This document shows, piece by piece, positions 49,126 to 58,273 of a stretch of 64,000 bases of DNA. Under the pieces are notes generated by a model, which was not told the origin of the DNA, made no database searches, and was given only the letters and a program-made list of their open reading frames with translations. Position 1 is the stretch's first letter. Each line of letters begins with the position of its first letter. A program made the position numbers and the translations under genes. Origin of the DNA: an uncultured Candidatus Cloacimonadota bacterium (GTDB taxonomy: Bacteria > Cloacimonadota > Cloacimonadia > JGIOTU-2); contig CAYNOU010000005.1 in the NCBI GenBank assembly GCA_964398885.1, positions 301 to 64,300 on the forward strand, read 5' to 3'.

Positions 49126-51363
49126 TTATCTTACGAGGAGCATTTTCTTTGCAATAGTACCATTGTTAGTTTCTAATTTGTATAAGTAAATACCATTGGC
49201 AACATTACGATTGTTATTGTCTTTTCCATCCCAAATTGCATAACCTGTATAAGGGGATGAGTCAGCAGTAGGTTCAAGAGTTCTTACGAGTTGTCCTTTA
49301 GTATTGTAAATCTTTATGATAGAATTTTTAATATTCTTTGCAGCAGAAAATGCGATTCTAGTAGAATTAGTAAAAGGATTTGGATAATTAGATAATATAA
49401 GAGCAGTACTCTCTGTGTTTCCAGGCTCATCAATGGAAGATATACCGAAATGAATCTTAATAGATGTATACATAATGTATCCACCTGTTTGTGGTCCTAT
49501 ATTCTGAATGGAACTACCATAATCATTATCATTAAAGTAATAGATATATATCTCACCCCATTCATCATCTATTTTTTTAATATAAGGTGCGACATAGGGA
49601 TATACAGTAGTTTGTCCCATAAATAATGGGTCATAAACATCAGAAAGTGGTATTGGGTCACTCCAGGTCTGTCCATCACCGATTAGGGCACCGCCTTTTG
49701 CAGAGATAGAAATTATGGGATGATTAAGATAATTCATATCAGTTGGAGTTGGATAGGTTATGGTAGGATTCTCAGCCTTTAACAGTTCAGTTCCGTCTGC
49801 CCAGATTTGAACCATCCAATCGTTGTCACGGCACATTGCCTGATGTTGAATATTCTCATGAAAACCTAAGGCCTCAACATCGGTATATGCCATAGTTAGC
49901 CATGGATAAACTAATGTATCTCCTGAAACTGGTTCAATTGTCCATGGCACACTATATCCTGAGGGGTCTGTTCCCGGCAAATTAGGAACATGATTTAGTT
50001 CCCATGTTCCATCAGTCTTGTAAACAATTTCTGCTTCAAAATGGAAGAGATAAGCAGGCCAATAAGAAGCACTACCGGCAGCTACATCTACATGTGCAAC
50101 CCATATCTGAACAGGTGTATGCAAATTACCATAGCAATCATATAGAGCAGAATGGTGTCCAGTGTGCATATTACCAGGCCATCCAACCCATACATCTAAG
50201 TGATCATAAGGGTCAGCCCCGGCTTCAGGTCTAAAGCCCGGAATATTTTCAACTTCATAAAGCACATAGCGATTCAAATCATCACCTGGGTTAACTATAA
50301 TTGGACAAGAATGGAAGTTAGCATAATCCCATGTTTCACCACCGTCAAAGGATTCCCATGCATAAAATCCAGGTTCAATGGGTTCGGTTGTTAAGGTATC
50401 AATAGCATAAAATCCAGCATAACCAATAAAGGCAATATGACCTGGAGTATTCAAATCTACTGCGAAAGATGGATATGGACGAATGTAAGCACTTGATGAC
50501 CATGTAGGCAATACGATATCAAAAAGTTTTTGTGGTACTGACCAGTTATCAAGACTCATTACTGCAGCAAGATCGCCATAGACATAATCTTCTCCAGCCA
50601 CATCAACATATCTGAATAATTCATCTTCTGGATAACCATCGGGATCTCGTTGGGAAACCTGATAAACTCTTAGAGTGCCATCTGTATCGTAAGTAGGAGA
50701 GGGACCTATTTCAATATAGGGCCAGATATATTCTTCTACGGTAGGCACAGGTTGAGGAAAATATATTGACGTTTGCCAAAATCCTGGTATCCCCCACCAT
50801 TGAATGTCATCATAACTTATACCTGTTTGTGTACCTTCTGGATTCGCAGGGATGATTTCATGCCAGCTTGCAATAGGCTCTCCAGAATTTGGATGTATAT
50901 CCATTCCAGGGTATCCTTGCCATCTATCAGCAGTAGTTATAGTTCCATTGGATATAGTTCCATCAGGTTCCACATACGCATAATAAACTCTTCTATTAAT
51001 TTGTGGATCAGTTCCAGGTCTTCCGTGATAAATAATATAAATACCCGGTCCAAATGGAGTTCCAATTGATGAGATTAGTCCTTCTTTTTGGGTTCTAAGT
51101 GGATGACTACAATAACTTCCAGGCATATAGTCATAGTAACTAATGTCACCAACTTGTACCGGTTCACGCGTAAATTCATAATCTGGTGGAGCTGGATTTA
51201 CATTATCACGGTAAGAGGATGGTGTAGCATTTTTTAAATGTTCAGGTACTTCTAATGGAATATAAGTTTTGTTGTCATCTATACTTGGCTTTTGCAATTC
51301 TGCCCATACTAAACCGGCAAAACAAAATGTGGTTATTATTGTTAATACAATAATCTTTTTCAT
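49126..51363 (-). CDS. Secreted protein with T9SS C-terminal sorting domain (Por secretion cargo)
   Basis: Signal peptide; C-terminal LSNYPNPFTNSTRIAF...IKIYNTKGQLVRTL...YAIWDGKDNNNRNVANGIYLYKLETNN matches the TIGR04183-type CTD. Confidence 0.6.
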   Translation of the reverse strand: MKKIIVLTIITTFCFAGLVWAELQKPSIDDNKTYIPLEVPEHLKNATPSSYRDNVNPAPPDYEFTREPVQVGDISYYDYMPGSYCSHPLRTQKEGLISSIGTPFGPGIYIIYHGRPGTDPQINRRVYYAYVEPDGTISNGTITTADRWQGYPGMDIHPNSGEPIASWHEIIPANPEGTQTGISYDDIQWWGIPGFWQTSIYFPQPVPTVEEYIWPYIEIGPSPTYDTDGTLRVYQVSQRDPDGYPEDELFRYVDVAGEDYVYGDLAAVMSLDNWSVPQKLFDIVLPTWSSSAYIRPYPSFAVDLNTPGHIAFIGYAGFYAIDTLTTEPIEPGFYAWESFDGGETWDYANFHSCPIIVNPGDDLNRYVLYEVENIPGFRPEAGADPYDHLDVWVGWPGNMHTGHHSALYDCYGNLHTPVQIWVAHVDVAAGSASYWPAYLFHFEAEIVYKTDGTWELNHVPNLPGTDPSGYSVPWTIEPVSGDTLVYPWLTMAYTDVEALGFHENIQHQAMCRDNDWMVQIWADGTELLKAENPTITYPTPTDMNYLNHPIISISAKGGALIGDGQTWSDPIPLSDVYDPLFMGQTTVYPYVAPYIKKIDDEWGEIYIYYFNDNDYGSSIQNIGPQTGGYIMYTSIKIHFGISSIDEPGNTESTALILSNYPNPFTNSTRIAFSAAKNIKNSIIKIYNTKGQLVRTLEPTADSSPYTGYAIWDGKDNNNRNVANGIYLYKLETNNGTIAKKMLLVR

Positions 51364-51374
51364 TTTTTCTCCTT

Positions 51375-51420
51375 TACCCCGTGTAATCCGCCAGCTGGCG
51401 GATATTTCACTGGGGTTAAT
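51375..51420. repeat. GC-rich hairpin repeat (CCCCGTG family with nested CCGCCAGCTGGCGG) at the start of gene 49126..51363
   Basis: TACCCCGTGTAATCCGCCAGCTGGCGGATATTTCACTGGGGTTAAT. Confidence 0.5.
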
Positions 51421-51506
51421 TTTTCATTTTTTTGTTTACATCTCTATTGACAATTATCCATTAGTTGTCCTTTTAGGAAACTAAGATGGAATTGTCTGCC
51501 TATTTA

Positions 51507-52595
51507 TTAAAATTTCATTCTAACGGAAAATCTCATAGGTCCTTCCATAAAACTATTATCTAATTTTTCTTCCAGGTCGCCAAAAGGAGTATATGCAAAA
51601 TCAAGGTCCATAATTGCAAGGGAAGTAGGGATTTTCCAACCTAAGCCAAAGGATAATTTTTGGCAGTCTAAATTAAATTGATATCCAGAACGCAAAAAGA
51701 AGGTTCCCACACGATATTCAGCACCTAAATTGTAAGTTTCCAATCTATCTACACAGTTATCAAGTTGAAAAACAACATTAAGTGACTGCATATTAGTTTC
51801 ATATAGATTCATTGCAGCGCCAAGTGAGAAGTTCATAGGAATTGGAAAAGATAATTCTTCTCCATCTTCGTCAATTTGACCATCACCATCGTTATCAAGT
51901 AAATCAAATGGGTCTTCGTCAAGTAATCCATCTTTGTCATTGTCCACATCATATTTGAGGTTAGGACCAAAGTTTCTGAGGCTCATTCCAATTGTAAGGT
52001 CACGCCAACCTGTATTATACAAAGAGCCAAGATCAATACTCCATCCATTAACATCATATTCGTCAAGATTTTGTCTTAGATATTTTCCAGTAATACCAGC
52101 AGCAAATTTATCAGTTAAACTGGTAGCATAGGAGATTCCAGCCATCATATCGCTGCAAGTAAATAACTCGCCAGTGGGGCCCCAATTCCCATCAGGATCA
52201 GTAACATCTTCTTCAGTAACCTCCATCCAGTCCATATACAAAACAGAGCCATTAAGAGCAAAAACGCCCAGAGAAGTAGGAAATGCTAATGTAGCATATT
52301 CAAAGTTAATATCTGCAACATATTTGGTGTGATTGAGAAATAGTTCCATACCATTAGTAAAAGCCAACCCGGCAGGATTCCAATAGGATGCAGAAGCTCC
52401 TTTGACATAAGGAGTATATGCTTCACCCATACCAATGCCTCGGGCATCTACACCTAATTTGAGAAATTGTAAACCAGCTGTTCCAACTTTAGCAAAAATA
52501 TCTCCAAGAAGGATAGTTGGTATAATTAACAAGATGATTAAGCTAAGAACAATTTTATTTCCCAATTGAACAGAATTTGTATTTTGTTTAAACAT
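51507..52595 (-). CDS. porV: T9SS outer-membrane beta-barrel protein PorV (LptO)
   Basis: N-terminus KVGTAGLQFLKLGVDARGIGMGEAYTPYVKGASASYWNPAGLAF matches the conserved PorV start. Confidence 0.65.
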   Translation of the reverse strand: MFKQNTNSVQLGNKIVLSLIILLIIPTILLGDIFAKVGTAGLQFLKLGVDARGIGMGEAYTPYVKGASASYWNPAGLAFTNGMELFLNHTKYVADINFEYATLAFPTSLGVFALNGSVLYMDWMEVTEEDVTDPDGNWGPTGELFTCSDMMAGISYATSLTDKFAAGITGKYLRQNLDEYDVNGWSIDLGSLYNTGWRDLTIGMSLRNFGPNLKYDVDNDKDGLLDEDPFDLLDNDGDGQIDEDGEELSFPIPMNFSLGAAMNLYETNMQSLNVVFQLDNCVDRLETYNLGAEYRVGTFFLRSGYQFNLDCQKLSFGLGWKIPTSLAIMDLDFAYTPFGDLEEKLDNSFMEGPMRFSVRMKF

Positions 52596-52611
52596 TTTAA
52601 CCTACCTTTTT

Positions 52612-55600
52612 TTATTTAATTAAGACAAACTTGTCAACTTTTACATTTCCTGAGTCGTGGTCTTTAACAGAATACAAATAAACACCACTTGCAATAATTT
52701 GGTTATTCTTAGATAGCATATCCCAGGAATGTATACCACTTGAAGTAATACCTGTCTGGGTTGCTTTACTTGGGTTAATAACATCTTCTATATATTCACC
52801 ATTGTGCTTTATCTCATCTACAAGATCGCCTGCTAATGTATAAATCTTTATCGTACAATGTTCAGGAAGGTTTACAAACCAGATTCGTTTACTTTTATCT
52901 CCCTTTTCATCATTATCTCGTCTACCATCAAATTTACTTTGTCCTAAATATGGATTTGGTACGACATAGATATTATCCATATCAGAAGTAGCAGCAGGTC
53001 CAGGGAAAACAGTAATTCTATTTCCATCTTTTCCTGATTCAAGTGGTCCCAGCTTTCTGTCCGGGATACCTCTATCAAATGAGGTTACAGCGATATAATT
53101 TTCAACACCTTTTTCTGGGTACTCAATAGTATACTTATAATATCTCCGAGATAATCGTTCTTTCCAAAGGTTATGTAATGCTACAGGATTACCAATGGCA
53201 CTTTGACCGCCATGATGAGGAAGTGGAATAAGCTTACCAATATATCTTTCTTTTGGTGTATGCAATCTTACTTTATGTAAATCTAGATATATATTCTCAC
53301 AAATTTCTTCATCATCATAAATATTTGGGTTCATAAACTTTAACGCTTCTTCAGGAACTCCTGTGCAAGAATTAACGAATGTGGTATCAAGGTCATCCAC
53401 ATCAAGTGTATCATAAAGAGGTCTTCCATATACGGTATCGCCAATTTCAATTTCAACGAGTTCATATAAAGAATTAAGCTTATAGTAATCAGTCCATCTA
53501 ACTGTATCGCCGCTTTCTGATATATATATAATATCCTCATTTTCATTTGAGCCTACAACATAAGGTTGTGGCAAGCCTTTATTGATACCCAAGTCACCTC
53601 CAAAGTCCACACTCACAACGGTATCCATTAGTACATTTAAACAACAGTCATAGTCAAGATAATCCTGTGGAGTCTCAATTTTGTCCCACCTTTCAATCTC
53701 CATATATGCATCCTGTACTCCACAGTTTGATGCTCTCCATAATGTATATCCTTGAAAGTCATGTTGCAATCTATGTCCTGTGGCTGGGTCCAAATATGCA
53801 TTAGGATTATAGTAAGCTGAGTCTGGGGTGATATCTGAATTATAGCTAGGGAGTTCAGGGTATTCATTCTGATAGCCTATATAATCTGCTGGGACAGTCA
53901 TATTGTCAGTACTAAATTCAGAACTATTTTCCCAATAGACAAATATAGAATCGCCGTTTTCAGCTTGCATAAGGGTCATTTTGGGTATATCAGGAGGACC
54001 AGGTGCTTCATAATGTCTGAAGGTATCTGGCAAGACAACAGTTGTCAAGGTTTGAGGAGTTTTATAAATATATTTTGCCCATGTAGCAGTTCTTTTTAAC
54101 TCAGGGACATCATCACCAGGGAAAATTGCAATTACAATTTTCATAGTTTCTTTGGGTTTAAGATTCCAGCTTGAATCTGTTGGTGCAATGTATCCTTTCA
54201 TATCTCCATAGAAGCCAAAAAGGTAACGAGTGTCACAGGGATCATTTAGTTGGGTATCAGGATGGTCTCTTAAGGAAGTATATTTATCATTAAATGGATC
54301 AGTGTTATGTGTCATTAGCCAATATTTTTCGTTGCGGTCTCTAGAAGGAGATTCATCATAAGGGCCATCACCTACTTCCCATGTCCAGCACGCGAACTCT
54401 AACTGGTCTGGGTCTGGAGTACACACTCTTGAGCCAACATATCCTGTAGTTAGCCCACCATCACCATCTGCATCGTATGTGTAAGCAAATTCATAACCTG
54501 AGCCCGGGACATAACTACTTATATCATCTCTTGCTTTTGCAACACTCCAGGATTGAGGTCCAACATCGCTATCCATATATACACCCATTGCACAGTCATA
54601 CAATGTATCTTTTTCATTCATATTGCTGATATCAAACTCAACATAAACAAGATTCTTAATATATTCATAACTCCATTGAGAGCTTAATTGGCGGACACGG
54701 ATATTAAGAGGCGTATGGCCTTGTCCAAAAGTCCAGCCACCCCATATTCGTTCACCAGTTGTTCCAAACGGGCTATAATCATAATAATAACCCATAAAAT
54801 CTTGTTCTGATATTGGCGCTCCATCTTCATCAATCAAACCATCGCCGTCATCGTCTTGGGGCACAGCAAAATTGTATAGGCTATCAGGGTCTATATAGCC
54901 TAAATTCAAGAATCCAAGGGGAAACCAAATTCTTAAATTTTCTTCTTTCGTAATAATATCAGGTGCATTTTCAGGGAATTGGTAGGGCTGGAGTCCACCA
55001 AAATCATAAAATGGAGCAGGAAGTTCATCTGCAGACCTAAAAGGAAAAGTAAATCCAGGCATATCTTCATCAATACAAAGATCATTGTCGTCATCAACTC
55101 CAGCCTGCTGCTCCCGAATTGAACTTTCCAGCACAGCATCATCTTTGTTATACATATCGTATATTGCACCCAAAGCCTGCTCTTCTAATCCATTATATGC
55201 AGGAAGAAATTCATACATATCAGCATCACCATCAAAGCCTACAGAGCATAAAGTATCAACAACTGGCCCAAATGTGGTAACACTAGCAGTAATATTCTCT
55301 TCCGTATGTTCTTCATCACCCCAATATAGTTTCTGTCCCAGAGCATCTCTTCTTTCTTTCTTTGCTCCAAACCATAAAGCGCCCTGGTATAAATAATCAA
55401 TACCTGAACCTCCAGGATATTCTAATGATGGATATTGTGGCACAACATCATCACCTGAGCCAAAAAATCCATAATTACTAATTCTAAGCCAGATATTGCC
55501 AACATTATGATAATGAAAAATATCAAGTTTTCTGTCACCACCAGAACCACCCATAACAGATCTAGCACACAAGAATGTGCTGAATCCTAATAGAAGCACA

Positions 55601-55641
55601 GTAGTGAATATCAGTATCAATTTTCCTTTATTATTACGCAT
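52612..55641 (-). CDS. Large secreted protein with T9SS-type C-terminal beta-sandwich, possibly PorU-like (porU-porV synteny)
   Basis: 1009 aa; signal peptide; C-terminal GVYLYSVKDHDSGNVKVDKFVLIK; immediately upstream of porV; C25 peptidase catalytic motifs not confirmed by eye. Confidence 0.35.
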   Translation of the reverse strand: MRNNKGKLILIFTTVLLLGFSTFLCARSVMGGSGGDRKLDIFHYHNVGNIWLRISNYGFFGSGDDVVPQYPSLEYPGGSGIDYLYQGALWFGAKKERRDALGQKLYWGDEEHTEENITASVTTFGPVVDTLCSVGFDGDADMYEFLPAYNGLEEQALGAIYDMYNKDDAVLESSIREQQAGVDDDNDLCIDEDMPGFTFPFRSADELPAPFYDFGGLQPYQFPENAPDIITKEENLRIWFPLGFLNLGYIDPDSLYNFAVPQDDDGDGLIDEDGAPISEQDFMGYYYDYSPFGTTGERIWGGWTFGQGHTPLNIRVRQLSSQWSYEYIKNLVYVEFDISNMNEKDTLYDCAMGVYMDSDVGPQSWSVAKARDDISSYVPGSGYEFAYTYDADGDGGLTTGYVGSRVCTPDPDQLEFACWTWEVGDGPYDESPSRDRNEKYWLMTHNTDPFNDKYTSLRDHPDTQLNDPCDTRYLFGFYGDMKGYIAPTDSSWNLKPKETMKIVIAIFPGDDVPELKRTATWAKYIYKTPQTLTTVVLPDTFRHYEAPGPPDIPKMTLMQAENGDSIFVYWENSSEFSTDNMTVPADYIGYQNEYPELPSYNSDITPDSAYYNPNAYLDPATGHRLQHDFQGYTLWRASNCGVQDAYMEIERWDKIETPQDYLDYDCCLNVLMDTVVSVDFGGDLGINKGLPQPYVVGSNENEDIIYISESGDTVRWTDYYKLNSLYELVEIEIGDTVYGRPLYDTLDVDDLDTTFVNSCTGVPEEALKFMNPNIYDDEEICENIYLDLHKVRLHTPKERYIGKLIPLPHHGGQSAIGNPVALHNLWKERLSRRYYKYTIEYPEKGVENYIAVTSFDRGIPDRKLGPLESGKDGNRITVFPGPAATSDMDNIYVVPNPYLGQSKFDGRRDNDEKGDKSKRIWFVNLPEHCTIKIYTLAGDLVDEIKHNGEYIEDVINPSKATQTGITSSGIHSWDMLSKNNQIIASGVYLYSVKDHDSGNVKVDKFVLIK

Positions 55642-55701
55642 CTTACCTCCTAATTTATTTTCATAATCTTCATATAAAATAAGATTTTATTTAAGAGCTT
55701 A

Positions 55702-56340
55702 TTAAAATGTAAACTTAATTGGGAAAGTAACCCAGATAGCTATAGGTTTACCCTGATTTTTCGCTGGTATGAATTTCCATTGCTTAACAGCTTCAATAGC
55801 AAGTTCATCCAATCCTCCTGGTCCAGATTGAAGACTTTTTACAATCTCTACTGCACCAACGGTTCCATCTTCAAATACTTCAGCCTGGACGATAACAGTT
55901 CCTTCTAAACCACTTTGTCGTGCAAAATCTGAATATTCAGGCCAGACTTTCTTAATTGGTATAGGGTCTTCTTCATAAATCACGAACTTAGGGGTTGTCC
56001 CGATTCTTGTAACTGGAGGTGGTTCTGTTAAATCAAGAGTAGTAGGTCCAATTGTTTCGATTTCTTCAATCTCTTCATCGCTCTCTAAATCAGACTCTTC
56101 TATTGTAAGAGGAATGATAGGTTTAACCTCTTCTGGAGGTTTAAATTTCTGTCTAACTTCCGGAGGAATTTCAATAGTTTGAATTTCTTTTACTTTGTGT
56201 TGATAAGGTTTCACTTCAATTTTTGGGGAAACAATAAAGGCAAATAATAAAAGAAGCAGTGCCAAACTTAGAGACCTCTCAAAGTACGAATTTACTTCAT
56301 CTTTCCAATCTGACAAACTATGCTCTAACTTATCTTTCAT
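55702..56340 (-). CDS. tonB: Energy transducer TonB
   Basis: N-terminal TM; Pro/Glu-rich spacer EIPPEVRQKFKPPEEVKP; TonB C-terminal domain GLEGTVIVQAEVFEDGTV...AVKQWKFIPA. Confidence 0.7.
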   Translation of the reverse strand: MKDKLEHSLSDWKDEVNSYFERSLSLALLLLLFAFIVSPKIEVKPYQHKVKEIQTIEIPPEVRQKFKPPEEVKPIIPLTIEESDLESDEEIEEIETIGPTTLDLTEPPPVTRIGTTPKFVIYEEDPIPIKKVWPEYSDFARQSGLEGTVIVQAEVFEDGTVGAVEIVKSLQSGPGGLDELAIEAVKQWKFIPAKNQGKPIAIWVTFPIKFTF

Positions 56341-56369
56341 TTTATATTATCTTTATTTTTATATTTAGA

Positions 56370-56777
56370 TTAAAACAATTTTTTTACTTCAAACGAAACC
56401 CTTAATGCTTGGGCTTTTTTTAATTCATTCATTATATCTACCATAAGTCCATAGTCTGCATCCTTATCAGTACGAAAGCAGGTTATAATACTAGGATTTT
56501 CAGCGAGTTTTTTTTGCATTATATATTTTATTTGACCAGTCTCAACAGCAAAGTCATCTACAGATATAATACCTGATTGTGCCACATAGATTGTAGCAGC
56601 ATTTCTACGGTTAATCTTTTGGAATGTTACAGCTCTTGGTAGATTTACTCTCAAACCTTTCTCTTTAACAAAAGTTGTACTGACCATAAAGAATATCAGC
56701 AATAGAAAGGCAATATCGGACATTGATGCATTAGGGATTTCAGTAGCAATTTTTGTTTTTCTCTCAATTTTTGCCAT
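56370..56777 (-). CDS. exbD: Biopolymer transport protein ExbD/TolR
   Basis: 135 aa; single TM DIAFLLLIFFMVSTTF is typical of ExbD. Confidence 0.8.
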   Translation of the reverse strand: MAKIERKTKIATEIPNASMSDIAFLLLIFFMVSTTFVKEKGLRVNLPRAVTFQKINRRNAATIYVAQSGIISVDDFAVETGQIKYIMQKKLAENPSIITCFRTDKDADYGLMVDIMNELKKAQALRVSFEVKKLF

Positions 56778-56898
56778 ATATCCTCATATTACCACAAGAA
56801 TTTCACGGGAAGAGTCACAAGAATAAAAAATATACATTTTTTGCGTGTCTGTTTTTTGTGACTGCCCTGTGTATATTCTGTGGTTGCCATATTTTCTT

Positions 56899-57312
56899 CT
56901 ATCTGGTAGACAGTGAGACTGTTTGTGCCCCTGCCCCAAGGAGTTGATCAAGGGCTTTTACCATCATATAGTATTTACATCTTCTATCTGCCTCAAGGAC
57001 AAAAACCATCTTGGGATTTTCGCTAATCTTGTTTTGAACTACTGTTTTGAGTTCCTTGAGCGAGACCTGTCTTTCATCAACTGCTATTTCACCTCTCTTA
57101 TTTACTTTAATTTTGGTCAGATTTTCTTTTTTAATTTTTACTTTCTGCCCACCAGCTTCTGCGTGTGGAGGTAAGACCAGTCCCAGGCCTTGTTTTACAT
57201 CAAATTTGGTAGTAACCAAAAAGAAAATCAACAATAGAAAAGCTACATCTGCCATTGAAGCGGTCGGAATACGAGCTTTTTGTCTGACTTTTTTTAGTTT
57301 TACTATATTCAT
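56899..57312 (-). CDS. exbD: Biopolymer transport protein ExbD/TolR (second copy)
   Basis: 137 aa; DVAFLLLIFFLVTTKF. Confidence 0.8.
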   Translation of the reverse strand: MNIVKLKKVRQKARIPTASMADVAFLLLIFFLVTTKFDVKQGLGLVLPPHAEAGGQKVKIKKENLTKIKVNKRGEIAVDERQVSLKELKTVVQNKISENPKMVFVLEADRRCKYYMMVKALDQLLGAGAQTVSLSTR

Positions 57313-57418
57313 TTTATTAAACCTTATATATTATTGAATATACATGGTTATTAATTTCTTACTTTCTTAATTCTAGTTTAAATAATTAACATAAGTTAAT
57401 GAACAATAAGGTTAATAA

Positions 57419-58273
57419 TTATTTTGTCTCAAGTAGTGCTTCTGTAAATTTTTCCGAACCTGTTTGCATATCGATAATTAATCCATCAATAGCTGAGATA
57501 AAGAAATTGTTAATCAGTTGAATTGGGATTGCTACTGAAAGTCCAGCAGCGGTAGTAATCAAAGCGATAGAAATACCGCCAGCTACAATAGTTGGTTCGA
57601 CTTCACCTGCAGCTTCAATAGCTTGGAATGCTTTAATCATACCAACGACTGTCCCCAAAAAGCCTAACATTGGAGCAAGATTGATAGTTGTAGCCAATGC
57701 GATTAATCCTTTTTCAAGAAAAGACATTTCTAAAATACCTGCATTTTCAATAGCCTTCTCTACCTCTTCAATTCCCTTATCGGCTTTTAATAATCCGGCA
57801 TGCAAAATACTTGCTACAGGACCACGGGTTTTGGAGCAAAGTTCTGTTGCTTCATCAATCTTCTTCTCTTTAATCAAGGGTGCAAGTTTATTCAAGAAGT
57901 CGTGGACAGAAATTTTAGCATATCTAAGAGCAATTATTTTCCATATAGAGGTAGCCAATGCCCAGATAACAAGGAGCAGGATAGGCCACATAACAAATCC
58001 ACCTTTGATAAACAGGTCAACCAAACCACTTCCCACAATTCTTCGTGCAAATCCCTCAAAACCACCGATGCCCTTTACTGCTTCTACCTCTGTTGTTTCT
58101 GCTGCAATGGAAGTCGTATCTTCAATAGTTTCTTTTTCCTGTTCTTGTGCAAGTATGTTACTGGAAATTAATATACTCGCCACAAAGATTATTAGGATTA
58201 GAATGTTGACTTTCTTGTTCACCTTTAATCCTCCTTTCCCGACAAGTCGGGATCCTTCAGAATTTTTTACCAT
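57419..58273 (-). CDS. exbB: MotA/TolQ/ExbB proton-channel protein with N-terminal periplasmic extension
   Basis: Three TM helices; conserved C-terminal region TINLAPMLGFLGTVVGMIKAFQAI...AGGISIALITTAAG. Confidence 0.8.
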   Translation of the reverse strand: MVKNSEGSRLVGKGGLKVNKKVNILILIIFVASILISSNILAQEQEKETIEDTTSIAAETTEVEAVKGIGGFEGFARRIVGSGLVDLFIKGGFVMWPILLLVIWALATSIWKIIALRYAKISVHDFLNKLAPLIKEKKIDEATELCSKTRGPVASILHAGLLKADKGIEEVEKAIENAGILEMSFLEKGLIALATTINLAPMLGFLGTVVGMIKAFQAIEAAGEVEPTIVAGGISIALITTAAGLSVAIPIQLINNFFISAIDGLIIDMQTGSEKFTEALLETK

